Shown: positions 8,547-22,342 of the stretch, in pieces | Position numbering within the stretch: position 1 is the stretch's first letter | Layout: the number at the start of each line of letters is the position of its first letter | Virus record (IMG/VR): IMGVR_UViG_2737471818_000002 | Coordinates: 1 to 42,138 of that record | From: a virus | Lineage: Duplodnaviria > Heunggongvirae > Uroviricota > Caudoviricetes | DNA length: 42,138 nt | Direction: 5' to 3' (one strand) | Position numbers and translations under genes: made by a program | The notes under the pieces: generated by a model | The model's input: the letters and a program-made list of their open reading frames with translations, nothing else | The model's database searches: none | Told to the model about the DNA's origin: nothing

Positions 8547-10664
8547 CTATTCATATTCATTCATACCGCTTAACGAGGCGACAATACCAGCTCTCGACAA
8601 GCGATTGAATTCATCGCTACCAATAGCATCGCGTATTGCTTTTACGGCGGCTTTATTTGCCATAAATCTGCGTTCCGCCGCCGCTAATGCTTCTTTACTT
8701 CCGCCAGCTCTTACTGCTTTCGTGGCTTCCTGAACTGCTTTCTCTATCGCATATCGGCCGCTACGCGTGGTGGCAATTTTAGATACAGCACCTTTTAACC
8801 CGGCGCCAACTAAAGCACCTGCGGCAGCGCCTGCAATGCCCCCTCCTGCTCCACCAACAATGGCACCTGATGTTGAGTTGGCAATTGCATTTAACACTGT
8901 TGATGTGACGTTGGATAAACCGGCATCCAGATCGCGTAGTACATTGGCAGTTCTCCCTGTTCTTTCAATATACTGCTGAGGTTTCACTGCTGCTCTTGCA
9001 AGAGTGCCATATGCATCAGCAATTCTTCCGAGTTCTGAGGAATATCTGCTAATGGCTTTTACATTTTGTGGGGTAAGTATCCCTGCGATATGGTTAATTC
9101 CTGCTGCATCAGCTTTGCCACCACGTACACCATGCGAGATAGCATCTTGCAACATTGATGATATAGCAGGAACACGCTCTGATTCTGGCAGCGCGCGGAT
9201 CATAGAATGGAACCCAGCAGGACCATTAAGACCTTTAGCTGACGATGATTGAAGGGATTTTACTCCATTCGTAATCAGTGCATCTGTTGCCAAATCACGC
9301 CCGAAAACAGACTCTGCACTCTCTTGTGCTGATAACCTCGCTTTAGACAGATCATTAGCTTTCTGCCAGTCATCAAGAAATCCGCCGTTTTCCGCCATTG
9401 TGCGCATATCATCAGTAATTGCCCGGCGTATTTCCCCTGCTCTCCTTGCCGCATTTGCCTCTCCGCTACGCTTATATTTTTGCTCCGCATCAGCAAATTT
9501 CGCTCTCCATGCTTTCATGCCATCAAATGTTACTCCACCTTGATTGTTTGCCTGAACAAACTGTTTCATTTCAGGAGTAAGCGGTATGCCAGCAGATCGC
9601 TCTGCCTGAATAACGGCATTACCATTTAGCATTCTTGCTTTTTGATTTGGCATTGTTGACCGCACGTCATCCCATGCCGCGCGCTCGGCATCCTTCATCT
9701 GATCAAGATTTTGAAGAATCCTTTGTTTTATAGCCGCACTTTTTTCTGATGCCGTTCCAGATGCGGCCCCAAATTCATCAAGGTTTCGACTTAACTTTGA
9801 TGATATTTCGTTAAATGCTGCCTGATGGGCGTCCTGAACAATTCCTGGTGTTGATGCCAATGCGCCTTCGGCTTGTGCAATTCCACGACTTCCAGATCGC
9901 ATTCCTGGTGTTAATGCGTTTATATCAATTCCAGCAGACTCAGCCGCTTTTGCTACATCTTCGGACACATTAGCGGCCTGACTGGCAATTGACTGACGCC
10001 CAGCACCTGACTTTGCCATCCTGGAAACATCATTAGCAGAATTCAGTGCTGCACCACCAAGAGCCTGTGAAACCCTTGGCGCAATAACGCGCCCGACACC
10101 TGAAAGAACGCCTTGAGCACCAATATTGATACCACCGTTAATGGCAGCATTTTGTGCAAAGTCGCCATCCTGATTTGCAGCATCAGCAAGAGAACCTGCA
10201 ATCATGTTTCCTGCGGAACCGATATCTCCAGCGAGTTTTGCTGGCGCTCCAGCAGCTTTTGCCGCTGTGCCAATTGGCAGGAGATACCCACCAATTGTTT
10301 CACCGGCTTGCGCATAAGGGTCTGTCGGTCGATCGACTGGACGATAGACATCATCCAAAACCTTTGGGCCACCAAGCCCCTGGCTGATTGCATTAATCAG
10401 ACTTGCGCCACCCTGCAATACGTCAAATGGTATGTTTACCAGACCACGACCAGCCTGTTCTGCAATTTGCCCTGCGCTTTGACCACCAGTGAGCCAGTCA
10501 GTGGCTTTTCCTACCAGAGATTGTTCTTCTGGCTGCGATTGGTTTTGAGTGGATTGATCACCAGAAGACAGCATCTGAGCAATGCGACGTGCTCCTTCTG
10601 TATCGCCTGCCGCATCAGCGTTCCTTAATGCTGTCATCAACTGTTCACGACTATAGGCCATCAC
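8547..10664 (-). CDS. Internal virion/DNA-ejection protein (P22 gp16-like)
   Basis: 705-aa Ala/Gly-rich protein in the conserved P22 order position after the gp20-like gene. Confidence 0.55.
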   Translation of the reverse strand: MMAYSREQLMTALRNADAAGDTEGARRIAQMLSSGDQSTQNQSQPEEQSLVGKATDWLTGGQSAGQIAEQAGRGLVNIPFDVLQGGASLINAISQGLGGPKVLDDVYRPVDRPTDPYAQAGETIGGYLLPIGTAAKAAGAPAKLAGDIGSAGNMIAGSLADAANQDGDFAQNAAINGGINIGAQGVLSGVGRVIAPRVSQALGGAALNSANDVSRMAKSGAGRQSIASQAANVSEDVAKAAESAGIDINALTPGMRSGSRGIAQAEGALASTPGIVQDAHQAAFNEISSKLSRNLDEFGAASGTASEKSAAIKQRILQNLDQMKDAERAAWDDVRSTMPNQKARMLNGNAVIQAERSAGIPLTPEMKQFVQANNQGGVTFDGMKAWRAKFADAEQKYKRSGEANAARRAGEIRRAITDDMRTMAENGGFLDDWQKANDLSKARLSAQESAESVFGRDLATDALITNGVKSLQSSSAKGLNGPAGFHSMIRALPESERVPAISSMLQDAISHGVRGGKADAAGINHIAGILTPQNVKAISRYSSELGRIADAYGTLARAAVKPQQYIERTGRTANVLRDLDAGLSNVTSTVLNAIANSTSGAIVGGAGGGIAGAAAGALVGAGLKGAVSKIATTRSGRYAIEKAVQEATKAVRAGGSKEALAAAERRFMANKAAVKAIRDAIGSDEFNRLSRAGIVASLSGMNEYE

Positions 10665-11932
10665 TGCCCTCCGAGATATTTATTAATCAGGTCATCATCA
10701 GAAAGCTGCTGTTGAGACGGTTGTATGTCCTTCCCGTATTTCTGTTGCATACGTTTCTGAGCCATCTCAGTGGTTTTTATGATTGTTTTGATAGCTGCTC
10801 TGGCTGATTTTTCAGACTGATTTGGGGACAAACTACCAATAGCATCCATTACCTTTTGCCCCTCGGCATTACTTAAAGCCCCCATCCCTTTCATCTGCTG
10901 AATGCCAGATAAGAATCCCTGAGATTTCAGTGTGTCAACCAGAGTTTCTGTATCAGCAGCCTCTGTTCCTGGAATGAATCTACTCGATAGTGGGTTTAGG
11001 TTTGTTCCGAAATATCCCGTGAATCCTGGGCTATTAAGAACTTTTGTAGCCGTCTCTATCGTTCTGGAGAGATTATCCATTCCAGAGTTGTACGCATCGG
11101 CCTTATCTCGCTTTGCCTGCTCCATAGCTTGCTGATTCTGCAATCTCTTGTCCTGCAATTCAGCAAGTTTTAAGGCATTAGTTTCATTTGCGATGAGTCT
11201 GTCGTATTTCTTGTCCTCTAATTCCATCCGACGAAGATTGACATTTTGTTGCGCAATATTGTTGCTTGCCCACCCTCTGGCATTTGTCATGTCATTATTA
11301 CGGATTGTTTCGTTAATTCTTTGCTGATCCTGCTGGCGACCAACCATCTTGTCCTGAACATTGAAGTAATCAATCGGACCAAGAGCAGCCATTCCAAGGT
11401 GATCAACAAACTCACCAAATCCTGAAGGGTTCTGCTGATACATCTGAGCAACGTTATTAGGGTCAACACCGACGCGCGCCAGTTCCTTGGCGTTGTTTTG
11501 CAGCCATGATTGCATTGCTTCTGGAGACGAGGCCGCAAGGCGTGCGCCAGCCGCTAAAGTGCCGATAGAATTGCGCTGGTCTTCGTCTGCCCACTTCATA
11601 CCAGACTGAATCTTCTCTAATTGACCAGGATATTTGGTCATCAGATCTCGAACCTGCTGTCGATCACCGGACTGGATGGCTGCCGCATATTCTTTTTGGA
11701 ATGCAGCATCCGCTTCCTGTTGCTTTGCGGCTTGATATGTTTGAGCGACACTACCAAGTCCCTGCAACGCCTGAAGGCCGATGTTATTGCGACCTGAACG
11801 CTCCATTTCGTTATTCTGGCGAATATAGGCCAACGCCTCACTTACATCACTTGCCTTTGGCGCATTTGAGTTTTGCCCACCGATACCAGCAAGAAAGCCG
11901 CCTGAGTTGATTCCTTGTTGCCAAGTAGCCAT
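10661..11932 (-). CDS. DNA-ejection protein (P22 gp20-like)
   Basis: 423-aa ORF, overlapping neighbours, in the gp7-gp20-gp16 order. Confidence 0.55.
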   Translation of the reverse strand: MATWQQGINSGGFLAGIGGQNSNAPKASDVSEALAYIRQNNEMERSGRNNIGLQALQGLGSVAQTYQAAKQQEADAAFQKEYAAAIQSGDRQQVRDLMTKYPGQLEKIQSGMKWADEDQRNSIGTLAAGARLAASSPEAMQSWLQNNAKELARVGVDPNNVAQMYQQNPSGFGEFVDHLGMAALGPIDYFNVQDKMVGRQQDQQRINETIRNNDMTNARGWASNNIAQQNVNLRRMELEDKKYDRLIANETNALKLAELQDKRLQNQQAMEQAKRDKADAYNSGMDNLSRTIETATKVLNSPGFTGYFGTNLNPLSSRFIPGTEAADTETLVDTLKSQGFLSGIQQMKGMGALSNAEGQKVMDAIGSLSPNQSEKSARAAIKTIIKTTEMAQKRMQQKYGKDIQPSQQQLSDDDLINKYLGGQ

Positions 11933-11941
11933 ATTCCCACC

Positions 11942-12622
11942 TTAAAACAATGATCCAAGAGCACCGATAATGCCGCCACCAATAGCGCCAACAGCCGTAC
12001 CTATTCCTGGCACCACAGAGCCAATCATCGCCCCTGATGCCGCACCGCTCATGGCACCTCCCAAGGCTGATTGCAGTCCTGATGGTCGGTTAGCATTCGC
12101 CGCAGATGCTGCCGCCTGCTGTTGATACAATTGGCTGACATTGTTAGCGTAGTTCTGTCCGGCGTTTGCCTGACCTGTAAGAGCACCAAGGCCAATGTTT
12201 GCCAGATTGTTGTAGTTGTTCATCTGACCTGACAGCCAGTTTTGACCGAGTGTAGGTGCGATTGCTGCTAACTGGTTTCCTGTTGCTGTAGAGCCTAATC
12301 CACCCGTTGCCTCTGCTGCTGCCAGACTCTGATAGCGCGCCTGCCCTGCAAGGTCTTTATACTGCTGAGAGTTGTAATACTGGTTAAGCGCCTGACCTTG
12401 CCCCTGAAGAGAGGAAAGATTTTGCAACTGTGATACGTACTGCTGAGCGAGTGGTGTGAACGGTGCAAGGTTCTGCATGTTCGTTTGCCACATTTCACGC
12501 TGCAATTCGATGCCCTTTTCAGTTGCGCGTGCCTGGGCTTTAGAACCGGAGTCGCTGCCGCCTTTCATATACCCATTCATGGGAAGCAATTTATTCTTGA
12601 AGCTTTCGCTAAGTACTAACAT
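11942..12622 (-). CDS. DNA-ejection protein (P22 gp7-like)
   Basis: 226-aa ORF (P22 gp7 is about 229 aa) with Gly/Ala-rich C-terminus, in conserved position. Confidence 0.5.
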   Translation of the reverse strand: MLVLSESFKNKLLPMNGYMKGGSDSGSKAQARATEKGIELQREMWQTNMQNLAPFTPLAQQYVSQLQNLSSLQGQGQALNQYYNSQQYKDLAGQARYQSLAAAEATGGLGSTATGNQLAAIAPTLGQNWLSGQMNNYNNLANIGLGALTGQANAGQNYANNVSQLYQQQAAASAANANRPSGLQSALGGAMSGAASGAMIGSVVPGIGTAVGAIGGGIIGALGSLF

Positions 12623-13079
12623 TTATTAGCTCCTCATATTTCGAACGAGGTAATTGATAGAGGGTGATTCCTACCGGTTTTCCGTTACTCATGTACGCAT
12701 CATCAAGGTGACCAACACGGGTAGCGCCAAGCAAACGGATAATTGCCCGTCCGTATTTCGTGGTGTCAGGAACCATGGTAATGCTGTTAAGGAATGGTGA
12801 GTTTTCGAGAAGCCATTTGCAGAATAATCGATGCCCTTGCAGTGCATATTCACCACGGAATCCGGGGTCGTACACCGCATGGCATTCAACAACGCTATGC
12901 CAGAAGTTACGCACTTCATGAACGCCAGCCAGCACTAATCCTTCGTAGATGCCGAGGTATACCGCATCAGGCTTGATGTAGTATTTATCTCCACTGTCTA
13001 CGATATTTCCCGTGTTTGCCGGGTTGTTAAGGAATTCTGCAAGCTTCACTGGGTTATCGATGAGCTTTATTTCCATCAC
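12609..13079 (-). CDS. Virion protein in the P22 gp14 position (head completion / ejection associated)
   Basis: 156-aa ORF between the tail needle and gp7-like genes; assignment by position only. Confidence 0.4.
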   Translation of the reverse strand: MMEIKLIDNPVKLAEFLNNPANTGNIVDSGDKYYIKPDAVYLGIYEGLVLAGVHEVRNFWHSVVECHAVYDPGFRGEYALQGHRLFCKWLLENSPFLNSITMVPDTTKYGRAIIRLLGATRVGHLDDAYMSNGKPVGITLYQLPRSKYEELINVST

Positions 13080-13924
13080 TGCTCCGCAATGATTTTGATG
13101 GTTGTGGCAGTAAACGCCGCACCATTTGACTGAATGGTTAACGTACTGCCATTTGTGGCAAGAAAGCCGTCTTTATCCACGCTGAAGAACGTAGCTAACA
13201 GGATGTTGTCGGTTGTTGTCGCCGCATTACGACTGCTAACCAGTGTGTCAGGAACAGAGCCGGAAAAGGTTAGCTGCATTGACCTGTTGGCGGTTCCGCT
13301 GGGCCACGTCCCGACAATCGACAGCTTGAAGAACAAGGTTTTGTTCTCGTTGAACACAACCATCTTGTTGTTAGCAGTGTCGAAGAATGGTGCCAACGTC
13401 CCGGATGACGGCGTGAGCGTTTTCAGCAGGCTAACAAGGTTGGTCGGCGCTGTCGGGATGGTTACAGATACGCCAGAGTAAACAACCTCTGACTTCTTGC
13501 GAGTAGTGGCATACTCCAGAGCATCGATGCGCGTTTCATGGTCTGAAAGCGTGTTTTGAATGGCGACAACTTCATCCGTCAGATAATCAATATCGTTTTC
13601 TGCTGTCGTTAATCGTGAATCAAGGCCGACTATCGCCGATTCTGCGTTAGTGATCCTTGTTTCGTGGTCCTGAATCTTCGCTTCAGCTGATGCCAGTCGA
13701 ATTTCGTGATCGACCAGAATCACATCCTGCTCATCGTTCCTGACTTGTGCGTCATAAGCGCCCTGCCCTGCTTCATTGGCCTTGTTCGCCACGTTACCAA
13801 CATCTGTACCTTGCGCGATAACGTAAAGCAGATACGACTGCGAGAAGATATTGCGTGGAAGAACTGATGTATCGAGCCGCGTAGCCTGAATGATTACCGG
13901 CACATTGAGATTCGAATCCGCCAT
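13076..13924 (-). CDS. Tail needle protein (P22 gp26-like) with C-terminal knob extension
   Basis: N-terminus [43 protein letters not shown] matches recalled P22 gp26; 282 aa versus 233 aa in P22. Confidence 0.85.
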   Translation of the reverse strand: MADSNLNVPVIIQATRLDTSVLPRNIFSQSYLLYVIAQGTDVGNVANKANEAGQGAYDAQVRNDEQDVILVDHEIRLASAEAKIQDHETRITNAESAIVGLDSRLTTAENDIDYLTDEVVAIQNTLSDHETRIDALEYATTRKKSEVVYSGVSVTIPTAPTNLVSLLKTLTPSSGTLAPFFDTANNKMVVFNENKTLFFKLSIVGTWPSGTANRSMQLTFSGSVPDTLVSSRNAATTTDNILLATFFSVDKDGFLATNGSTLTIQSNGAAFTATTIKIIAEQ

Positions 13925-15342
13925 TACTCAATCCTTATCTGGCAGCCAGACAGAGTGACAGGTGACTTCGTGATAACGCGCAATTTGAAGCCAATGTTTT
14001 TCCTGATGCGCCCTACTTTCTTCCACAAAACGCGTTTGTCGTAAACGAACGGTTCATTCTGCTCAATCATCTGCTCACGACCATAATTTATGCCGTCAGT
14101 GGTTGCAGAGAGGAACAGGCGGTCAGCATACTGCGCAACTCCAGTTGACGATTCAACTTCAAGGTCGAAAACTCTGGCGTTATCCGCTTTGAACAGAGGA
14201 GTAAACAGCAGATGTTCCTGTTGCTTGTCGTACTGGCTGCTGATATCGAACTGCAATTTCCCGGTAACCGATTCCAGCTTATCGCCGCACGTTATCTGAT
14301 TGCCTTCGTAAATGAAGTCGATAGCGCGGTACACATCGTCATACAGACCTGTTTTCAGCACACACCATTGTGGGCCATTGACGCTTGAAGATGCGTCGTA
14401 CACGAGGACGTGACGCGGAAGGTGGATAATCAGCAACTCATGAGCATCAAATCGCAGCGATTCCATCACACCATCAGCCAGTTCATCAGCAGTGTAGGAG
14501 CGGAGGATTTTCTCAATGCTCGCGCTGGCAATTGGTGACACCTGACCGGAGCCGATGATATACACAGACGGCGCACCCGTTGCCGGATTGCTGATGAACG
14601 CATACGAATCAGCAAACGGCGTTTTGCAGTAAGTCCCGGCAATACCTTTCTGTACCATCAGCGATGGCTGTGCGACATACAAAGCAGCACCAACGGTGGT
14701 TGCACCAGTCAGGGAGAAATATTCAATCGTCGATGAACCAAAGCAGACGATGAAGTCTCGCCATGTTCCTATGCCGATGATGCCATCAGGCTGAGACTCG
14801 GCACGATATTGTGCACTGTAGCGGTCAGGATGCGATTCGTCTTCAAGGTCAGTGATAAACCATGAATCAGTGCCGTCTTTTGACCACGCATAACGCCCAC
14901 GTAAGCGCGTAATGTCACGAACCGAACCTAACTCATACTGCGTAAACCCGCTGTCTGCAGGCCAGTTTGAGACGGTTTTAACCGTGCCATCATAGCGGTA
15001 TTCGACCAGTTGCCCGTTAACGCCTACCGCCTGTGATGTTCGACCATGCGCCATTGATACGCGACCACTTCCGGCAACATCACCGACTTCACTTTCGCCT
15101 TTGTACAGCTTGCCACCACACACGCGATAAACAGCACTCTGCGCCATGTTGTACTCGACGCCGCGAGATACACCGTTCACATCAGATCGTTTGGCAATGC
15201 CCGGGAATGAGCGAAGATATCCGCTGCTGTTAAGGATTTCTTTTGGTGTAGCCAGCATATTCACTGGCAGATAGTCGATATAGTCGGCGTTTCGAAAGTC
15301 TTTGCCGACACCTTTCATAAGCGGAAGTTGCTGAATCGGCAT
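13924..15342 (-). CDS. Tail hub protein (P22 gp10-like)
   Basis: 472-aa ORF, the same length as P22 gp10, in conserved order between gp4 and gp26. Confidence 0.7.
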   Translation of the reverse strand: MPIQQLPLMKGVGKDFRNADYIDYLPVNMLATPKEILNSSGYLRSFPGIAKRSDVNGVSRGVEYNMAQSAVYRVCGGKLYKGESEVGDVAGSGRVSMAHGRTSQAVGVNGQLVEYRYDGTVKTVSNWPADSGFTQYELGSVRDITRLRGRYAWSKDGTDSWFITDLEDESHPDRYSAQYRAESQPDGIIGIGTWRDFIVCFGSSTIEYFSLTGATTVGAALYVAQPSLMVQKGIAGTYCKTPFADSYAFISNPATGAPSVYIIGSGQVSPIASASIEKILRSYTADELADGVMESLRFDAHELLIIHLPRHVLVYDASSSVNGPQWCVLKTGLYDDVYRAIDFIYEGNQITCGDKLESVTGKLQFDISSQYDKQQEHLLFTPLFKADNARVFDLEVESSTGVAQYADRLFLSATTDGINYGREQMIEQNEPFVYDKRVLWKKVGRIRKNIGFKLRVITKSPVTLSGCQIRIE

Positions 15343-15842
15343 TATTCGCTCCCGTTATCGCAAGGTTCCTTTCGGTGGAAGTAATTCCAACCATTCCACT
15401 TCGCCAACTGGTTACCGCTACCAACAGGCATACGGTTTGGATAACCGGACTTACATTTAGCGGCTTTTGCTCTGTCCATTGCAGACAGTTTGACGAGTCG
15501 CTCTTTCCCGTATCTGGCAGTGGTTATAAGTTTTGCAGACGCTTCCAGCGCATAATCCGGAGCAATGCGGCAGGCAAGGTTGAAAATGACGGCATTGATA
15601 GCGTTATTTGATAAACCGTGCTCATCGCCCGGATCTGGAGCGACATCTGCATCAGCAAAAATGTAGCCAACGTTGATACCAGGTGACGCATCACCGCCAA
15701 GCCATTCAGCCATCATCATTTCAAGGTCGTTGACGCCGTCTTCCATAGACTGCGGTTCGACATCTGTTAACGTGGCATTTGATGCCACACCGAGCTTACG
15801 TAATGCCGCAAGGACTAAATCACCCTTCGTTGTCAGGTTCAT
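15342..15842 (-). CDS. Tail adaptor protein (P22 gp4-like)
   Basis: From internal Met ([21 protein letters not shown]...) the 166-aa product matches recalled P22 gp4. Confidence 0.8.
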   Translation of the reverse strand: MNLTTKGDLVLAALRKLGVASNATLTDVEPQSMEDGVNDLEMMMAEWLGGDASPGINVGYIFADADVAPDPGDEHGLSNNAINAVIFNLACRIAPDYALEASAKLITTARYGKERLVKLSAMDRAKAAKCKSGYPNRMPVGSGNQLAKWNGWNYFHRKEPCDNGSE

Positions 15843-16413
15843 CTGCTGCCGCCTTAGGTTTTCGACCAGGCTTTTTACGCTGTTTTTCTTCTGGCTCTGG
15901 CTCTGCAATAGCCGGACGCAAACTCAGGAGTCGTCCAAGAACATCATTTGCTTCATGACCATCCCACTCTTTCCCGAACTCAAGCTCAGTACCTTCAGGA
16001 AGGAACTCGATTTCTTCAACAGGTAGGTGATAAGTGATTTCGCCTTCTGGAGTGGTGATACCAGCAATGATCCAGCCATCCCACTCTTCACCGTCACTGT
16101 GTTTGCGAGACCACCACGAAAGCTCAGCGTAAGCATGCATCAGCGATGAGAAGAGGCGCACTCGGTGAGCGTAAAGCTCGTTAAAAGTGTGATAACCGTC
16201 GGACACTTCGCCCATATCAACTGGGGAAGTTTCACCTCCGCCAACACTCCAAATTTGATCACCAACAAGAGGATCATCAGGAACATCGTCAGGGTGCTTA
16301 TACCAGCCATTTGCTAAGTGCACAGCTACATCATCAGGATCAACGGTTTTCGTTTTCAGCTTGCGCCCCCAGATTTTGGTATCTCCGCCAGCCTGAAAAA
16401 TCATTACGCTCAT
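15820..16413 (-). CDS. Hypothetical acidic protein encoded between coat and tail-adaptor genes
   Basis: 197-aa ORF from ATG at 16413 with GGAG RBS, directly downstream of the coat-gene terminator; Asp/Glu-rich with basic C-terminal tail. Confidence 0.45.
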   Translation of the reverse strand: MSVMIFQAGGDTKIWGRKLKTKTVDPDDVAVHLANGWYKHPDDVPDDPLVGDQIWSVGGGETSPVDMGEVSDGYHTFNELYAHRVRLFSSLMHAYAELSWWSRKHSDGEEWDGWIIAGITTPEGEITYHLPVEEIEFLPEGTELEFGKEWDGHEANDVLGRLLSLRPAIAEPEPEEKQRKKPGRKPKAAADEPDNEG

Positions 16414-16426
16414 TGGTATCTCCAAT

Positions 16427-16448
16427 AGAAAAGGGAGCCGAAGCTCCC
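16427..16448 (-). terminator. Intrinsic terminator after the coat gene
   Basis: GGGAGC-TTCG-GCTCCC hairpin followed by UUUU on the minus strand, just after the coat stop codon. Confidence 0.55.
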
Positions 16449-16456
16449 TCTGGTTA

Positions 16457-17752
16457 TCACGCGGTCTGGTTAGGCAGACCAACACCAATTGCCTCTGGTC
16501 GTACAGCACATGCTGAATACCACACAGCAATACGGCACTTACCAGACAGAGTGTTGATATCACCCTGCGTTGCGAAGATGCCGTTAACACCAATACCAGG
16601 AATGCTGAAGGAAGACGTTTTCATGCCAGCAAACAGTTCATGGGTTACCGGGATCGGCTGAGACAGCAGACGGATTGAGTCATCAGCCCAGAACACGTTA
16701 GCGGTGGTTGTTGCCACGTTCAGAACGTTTACCGGAGTGGTATCAGCAAGAGAGGTGTTTACGTTAGCGTAAGCCTTCTCTTCTTTTGTCAGTGACGCGT
16801 CATCCAGCGCAATCGGCTTCGGCGTGATTTCGATGTGAGTACTATCGATCACACGGGTGATTGAGAAAGTTGCATCATCAGTCAGCACGTTCTTCGCCAT
16901 CTGAGACAGGAATTTCACACCAGTGAAACTGATTTTGTCGCCGCGCTTAAATCCGGTGGTGGAGGATACGGTCACCGTTGCAACACGGTTGTCGACGTTC
17001 TCTTTGTTACCATCGGTATCAAGGGTGTATGCCTGCGGCTTAAACTTCTGCGCACCAGAAACAGTTACACCAGTAGCGGTTGACTTGGTAACTGCCGGAA
17101 GTTTCGGTGAGCGAAGAATTTCATCAAAGCCAGCAATCTGACGCTGAATAGTACCGTTGCGATACGCGTCTTCAGGAACGCGCCCAAAGATGTCACCATC
17201 TACCAGGTTGCGGCCTGCTTTGCGGTAATCGTCAGGGTTCAGGAAGTAACTGATGCCCATATCGCGGTTTAGCTCACGGGAGAACATCAGGCGCTCTGCA
17301 TCAGACACAAAATCCCAGCCAGACAGGCCAGTAGATGGACCAATTGCGCGGGTATCGTGAACAACAAGTGAGCCCATTTCGGTTGCCTGTTTGGCAATTG
17401 CTGACTCAATGTTATTCGCCAGTTTTTTGGCGGATGCCTGGATGCGGCGACGGTAAGAACGCTCATCACGCAGGTCATCTGCACGAAGCTCGAAGAAATC
17501 GTTATCCGGATCGCCCATGTTGCATTTCACGGAGAGTTCCAGAATCCCGGTTGCGTTGCCAGTTAAATCCCAGCCAGTCTGGGTTGGCGCTTCCTGCTCA
17601 ACAGGCATCCACACGGTGTTGCTTGAACGCTGCATGGATTCTGCCGGAGGGGTGTATTTTGTCACTTTGGACGCCATTGGCGTCAGGTTCTGGACGGTTT
17701 CGATGATTTCATCCAGAGCATACGTGACCAGTTGACCTTCATTTAATGCCAT
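16457..17752 (-). CDS. Major capsid (coat) protein, P22 gp5 family
   Basis: 431-aa ORF; sequence highly similar over its length to recalled P22 coat protein (MALNEGQ...[14 protein letters not shown]...). Confidence 0.95.
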   Translation of the reverse strand: MALNEGQLVTYALDEIIETVQNLTPMASKVTKYTPPAESMQRSSNTVWMPVEQEAPTQTGWDLTGNATGILELSVKCNMGDPDNDFFELRADDLRDERSYRRRIQASAKKLANNIESAIAKQATEMGSLVVHDTRAIGPSTGLSGWDFVSDAERLMFSRELNRDMGISYFLNPDDYRKAGRNLVDGDIFGRVPEDAYRNGTIQRQIAGFDEILRSPKLPAVTKSTATGVTVSGAQKFKPQAYTLDTDGNKENVDNRVATVTVSSTTGFKRGDKISFTGVKFLSQMAKNVLTDDATFSITRVIDSTHIEITPKPIALDDASLTKEEKAYANVNTSLADTTPVNVLNVATTTANVFWADDSIRLLSQPIPVTHELFAGMKTSSFSIPGIGVNGIFATQGDINTLSGKCRIAVWYSACAVRPEAIGVGLPNQTA

Positions 17753-18663
17753 TATCGAATTCCTTTATTCAGTTGCGCCTTGAGCTTGCGGTATGTCTCT
17801 ACATCCCCTTTGTTTGCTGCCGCTTCCATCTGCTTTTCAATCGCAGATATATTTGCAGCAACAGCGTGTCCCTGAATGGGTTCATCAGGTAGCGGGGCTT
17901 CTGAAACAGGTTTGGCTCGAGGCTTGAGAGTTAAACGTTCTGACAGTCGAGTGAGTTCAATTAGCGCGGATTGCCCGTCCATCGCCAGCAACTGGCGTGT
18001 TTTCTCAGGATTAGCACCAAGGTGATACATGAGAGCGGCGGATTTCTCCGGGAAGAGGCGCATGATGTCGGCACCGACTGCTGGCGGCACCAGTTGCATG
18101 AATGCATCCTCTTTCTCCTGATAGTCAGGGATATTGAGCTTTTCCGCTGCGTCGTAGTGCTTACGGGCTGCCTCGACGTATTGCGCTGATTGCTGGGTGA
18201 ACTCCTGAGTTTTGCGACCCTGCTCGGCGACAGCCTGGCTTCGTGCGTCCATAGCCTTAATCTGCCATTCACTGTTTGCCTGCTGGAAGGCAGCCAGTGC
18301 GCGGCTCTGGTCATAGTCGTACTTAGCCAGTGCATCTTCGGAAAGATAATCGTTAGGGTCTGGTTGTTTTGGTAACTCAGGGTTCACCCGCAGGTGCTCC
18401 GGCAACTCTCCACGCTTAACCGCTTCCATCTGCTGCTCAATCTCACGCTGGCGTTTGCGTTCGATGCGGCGACGGGCAAATTCAGCATTAGTTGCCGGGT
18501 CTTGTTTTGGTTTCTCATCGTCTTTCAGGACAATCTCGAAGCCTTCTTCCTGACCTGCGTTGTCGTTGGCATTATCGACAACTAAGCCATCAGCAGATGC
18601 CGCTGCATGATTGCCGGGCAGGGTTAATTCTTCAGAAGCCTGAATGTCGGTGGTTTGGTCCAT
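17752..18663 (-). CDS. Scaffolding protein (P22 gp8-like)
   Basis: 303-aa acidic helical protein, the same length as P22 gp8, directly upstream of coat. Confidence 0.8.
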   Translation of the reverse strand: MDQTTDIQASEELTLPGNHAAASADGLVVDNANDNAGQEEGFEIVLKDDEKPKQDPATNAEFARRRIERKRQREIEQQMEAVKRGELPEHLRVNPELPKQPDPNDYLSEDALAKYDYDQSRALAAFQQANSEWQIKAMDARSQAVAEQGRKTQEFTQQSAQYVEAARKHYDAAEKLNIPDYQEKEDAFMQLVPPAVGADIMRLFPEKSAALMYHLGANPEKTRQLLAMDGQSALIELTRLSERLTLKPRAKPVSEAPLPDEPIQGHAVAANISAIEKQMEAAANKGDVETYRKLKAQLNKGIR

Positions 18664-18676
18664 GGTTAACTCTCTC

Positions 18677-20842
18677 TTATTGAGGTGTCTCGGCTACTCC
18701 GCCGGAGGGGATTTGAACTTGACGCATAAGATTTGCGAAATCCATGCGTTGTGAATGAGTCTGGTCTGCATCTTTAAGAAGCAGCTCAGCGTTAGCACGA
18801 GCATCTTTGCTGCGCTGTTGCTGGAATTGACCTACGAGCTTGAGGTACTCACGCAGTTCTGCCTGCTTGTCGAGGTCCATATTGTTGAAGATTTCTGCAA
18901 TCTTCGCGGCGTTGAGTTGGTTTTGAGCTTCAACCTTGGCAGCTTCAACCTGAATCTGCGCCTGTTGGTTCTCTGCCTTAAGCAATTCAGCCTGACCTTG
19001 CAGAAGGATACCCTGCGCCTGAATTTGCTCTGCTGATGGCTGCTGCGGCTGTTGTTGTGCCTGCTGCACCATCTCCATCTCTTCAGGTGTTTCTGGTTTC
19101 TTCAGCCCCATCATCACCAGTTGCTTGTTCGCGTACTCTCGCATCATCTCGACGCCTTTACCGTCAAGCAACGTGAAGTATTGCAGCATCAGCATCTGGA
19201 ACTCTGGAGTACCTTGCGGAACCTTGGTTAGCAACTCCTGAATCTCTGCGCGATTCTGTTCCTTCATGCTCTGGAAGGATGGTCCGACGTCTGTATAGCA
19301 CTCATAGCGACCGCGAATGTCGTTGAGTGTGACCACATTGCCGGACTGGTAATCGACAACTTGCGCATAAAGTTGAACGTCTTTCTCGCTTCCATCTTCA
19401 AGTGTCAGCGTTACATGACGAGGAACGTCATAAATATCGTTGACCATTGAGGCATAAATCTCGCCATCGCGTCGCATTGCGGTAGCCAGGTTATCCTGAA
19501 ACACGTATGTCTCAAGGTCTGCCCGCATGTTCAGTTGATTGACGGTATCGAAAGCGACCTGAGAGTTTGCTGCCTGCGCATCCACACCAAGACTAGCCAC
19601 CTCTTTCACTGCGTTGGTGGCAGCCTCAAGCATGTAAGCGTTGGCTTGCGGCACTTCAGGGTTTTCCATGTAGGAGATTGGACCAATCGGCAGGTCGTTA
19701 CCGTTTTCATCGGTCCTGTTCTGCAGATAGTACGGATAGTCATCATTTCCACCGTACATGTATTCGTAGCCGTCGATTTGCTCAGGGAAGAAGGTCGGTT
19801 TCTTCTTCGGTGAACGAGCAACAATATCGGCGTTGAACGACATGATCATGTTACGAAGGCGTTGACCGTCTTTCGTCAGCCTTACCACGCCCTCGTAGCA
19901 CTCCTTGTCACCAGCGAATGACCATTCGCCGTACACAGGAACGATTGGGATATGCTCTCCAGCTATCTTCTCGCGGTCTTTCAGTATCTGCGTGCAGGTG
20001 ATGATCGACTTATACACACGCCGACGCTTGACCTTACGCTCTGCTACCTTAATGAATCCACGATTAGCCAGGTCGTCGATGACGTCTTTGATATCCTGCT
20101 GGTAATAGCTGACCGGCTCACCTGTCAGCGGGTCGCGGTAGATGAAGACTTTCTCCTTCTTCTCTTCTACCTCGTAATACTCAGCGACGTAGACGACATC
20201 ATTCGATACCCACGGAAACAGCCATGTATCGTTCGGATTCTGGAAAGATGGCAAGGTATCCGGATCAATACCGTAATCCTCTGCGAACTCTTTCCAGCCA
20301 TTGCGTGACAAGGCGTTAATCACCGTGCAGTGCTTAGCGTCGCTCTTATCCATCTGCTTGCTGTTGGCGTCCCATATGACGTGTGAGCAGGCTTCATGGA
20401 TTGGAAGGCGTCGGATTACCTGATTGTTGCTTGTTGGGTCGTTGTCTTCGTACTGCGTGACCAGACGCCATGCGCCAACGCCAGACTCTATCTGCTCACG
20501 AACGCCAACGTTAACGGCAATTTTTGCCGTGTTATGGCGCATATCAGTACGATACATCCCCATCAGCACATCGGCAGCATCAGGATTAGCTCCGTCTTTT
20601 GGTCTGAATAGAACGTCGATAGGGTTCCGGCGCATCTCTGCGACCAGCTTCCTGACCACCGGGCGAACAACATCAAATTGTCCGCGATATTGCAGGGTGG
20701 TGTAGTTTGATAGCCAGTCATCCCATTGCGACACTCGGCTAAAATACAGGTCATTTGTCGCCTCGGTTCTGGCTTCATCGCTCGCCATCCAGTCTGCGTC
20801 AAACTTACACAGAATGGAATTGAGTCTGTTTTCGTCGGCCAT
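18677..20842 (-). CDS. Portal protein (P22 gp1-like)
   Basis: 721-aa ORF (P22 portal about 725 aa) between terminase and scaffold; Gln-rich C-terminal barrel region. Confidence 0.85.
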   Translation of the reverse strand: MADENRLNSILCKFDADWMASDEARTEATNDLYFSRVSQWDDWLSNYTTLQYRGQFDVVRPVVRKLVAEMRRNPIDVLFRPKDGANPDAADVLMGMYRTDMRHNTAKIAVNVGVREQIESGVGAWRLVTQYEDNDPTSNNQVIRRLPIHEACSHVIWDANSKQMDKSDAKHCTVINALSRNGWKEFAEDYGIDPDTLPSFQNPNDTWLFPWVSNDVVYVAEYYEVEEKKEKVFIYRDPLTGEPVSYYQQDIKDVIDDLANRGFIKVAERKVKRRRVYKSIITCTQILKDREKIAGEHIPIVPVYGEWSFAGDKECYEGVVRLTKDGQRLRNMIMSFNADIVARSPKKKPTFFPEQIDGYEYMYGGNDDYPYYLQNRTDENGNDLPIGPISYMENPEVPQANAYMLEAATNAVKEVASLGVDAQAANSQVAFDTVNQLNMRADLETYVFQDNLATAMRRDGEIYASMVNDIYDVPRHVTLTLEDGSEKDVQLYAQVVDYQSGNVVTLNDIRGRYECYTDVGPSFQSMKEQNRAEIQELLTKVPQGTPEFQMLMLQYFTLLDGKGVEMMREYANKQLVMMGLKKPETPEEMEMVQQAQQQPQQPSAEQIQAQGILLQGQAELLKAENQQAQIQVEAAKVEAQNQLNAAKIAEIFNNMDLDKQAELREYLKLVGQFQQQRSKDARANAELLLKDADQTHSQRMDFANLMRQVQIPSGGVAETPQ

Positions 20843-22342
20843 TTAAGTTCTCCGTGCGATGGGCCTGATTGGGGCTGGTATCTTTTTCTCTTTTGGTTTT
20901 TTGATGTCGCGCATCATTTTTGCGAAGCGGCGCATCATGTATGCATAGCGAACGGCGGATAGCACGTCGTCGTTAAGCTTGACGATTTTCCCGTTTTCAT
21001 CACGGTGATAGAGGCGGAACTCCTCAAAGAATGGCTCACAGGTGTTGAATACTTTGAAGCGACCATCAAGCATCATGTCGCGCAATTCAGTGATTCCAGG
21101 CTCAACAGCATTACCGCCATCAGGCCATGTCGCATGATCCTGCAACATCATAAATCCAGCGTCTGCATACTGCCCTTTGAGCTGCTCACCGCCGCCCTTC
21201 TCGTGCTGGTTTCCGTCATGAGGCCATGCGGTTGGCACTTTATGCGCCCATGATTTAACAGCTCCCCATGCCTGAACAGCTGTTTTTTCTTTCGCCTTCC
21301 ACACGCGTGAAACGTAGATTGTGTCTGCGTCCTTATCCCACCAAAGCTGAACCTGCGCCTGTGGGTGATCCCATCCGAAATCCATCCCGCCAATTACGTA
21401 GAAGTGATCAGGGCACTCGAACGGCTGACACTTAATCGTCTCTTCCGGTATCTGGAAGATTCGACCACTACCCATCGTAGGAATACCGCGAGCACGCGCC
21501 TCTCTCTCATGCTCAGGATAAGATGCGATGATTTGCTCTTTCTGCTCGTCGGTATAGTGCTCAGCGTCGTAGATGGTCATGTTGACCACTTTCTGCGACT
21601 TGCTGGGATTCTTCAGGAACTTGGTAACAACGTCAGACATCCCCATCAGAGGGGTAAACGTCAGAATTGAGAATTGCCCGTATTTGTTGGTACGGGTAAG
21701 GCCTTCGCCATAAATGCTATATGGTGGTTCTTCGTCAAACCACACGCCGTGGATTGTGTCACCCTGCCAGCGAGCACGGCCTTGCGAGTATGGTTTGAAG
21801 TAGCAGATTGAAATGCCATCTTCAACGCCATCAGCCGTGTGATGCTTAACCAGAAGATGATCAACAAGGTTCGGAAAGAAAGGAGACTTCTTCCAGCTAA
21901 TGATGTCTTCTTTCGGTATGGAACCGTAGCCAGGCTCATCATTCTCTTCGATACGACCGCACAGGATGCGTTGAGTCGTTTTGGTTACAGTCTCGTTTGT
22001 CTCGCCACCAATCCAGAAGACAACGGGCTCATAGAAACGCTTACCTTTCCACTCACCGCCATATTTACCATCAGCAGGATAGCCTTTTGTGCCCGGATAA
22101 CGCCCTGTAAGGTGAAACGCGACTTCAGCAGCACCAGTAAATGACTTACCAAGCTGGTTACCAGCCATAAAACATCGCTCTGGATAGTCATGCCCGGCGT
22201 CGATGAACTCACGCTGTTTGCTGTATGGCGTAAATTCATATAGCAGGTGTGTGTTCCGGTAGTTCTCTTCTTCTTCGAGTAGCTCGAGCAATTCGATTTG
22301 CTCTTCGTCGCTCAGGTTATCAAGAATCGCGTCCAGTTCCAC
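20843..22342 (-). CDS. Terminase large subunit (P22 gp2-like)
   Basis: 499-aa ORF, the same length as P22 gp2; ATPase and nuclease domain organisation; position after the small subunit. Confidence 0.9.
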   Translation of the reverse strand: MELDAILDNLSDEEQIELLELLEEEENYRNTHLLYEFTPYSKQREFIDAGHDYPERCFMAGNQLGKSFTGAAEVAFHLTGRYPGTKGYPADGKYGGEWKGKRFYEPVVFWIGGETNETVTKTTQRILCGRIEENDEPGYGSIPKEDIISWKKSPFFPNLVDHLLVKHHTADGVEDGISICYFKPYSQGRARWQGDTIHGVWFDEEPPYSIYGEGLTRTNKYGQFSILTFTPLMGMSDVVTKFLKNPSKSQKVVNMTIYDAEHYTDEQKEQIIASYPEHEREARARGIPTMGSGRIFQIPEETIKCQPFECPDHFYVIGGMDFGWDHPQAQVQLWWDKDADTIYVSRVWKAKEKTAVQAWGAVKSWAHKVPTAWPHDGNQHEKGGGEQLKGQYADAGFMMLQDHATWPDGGNAVEPGITELRDMMLDGRFKVFNTCEPFFEEFRLYHRDENGKIVKLNDDVLSAVRYAYMMRRFAKMMRDIKKPKEKKIPAPIRPIARRT

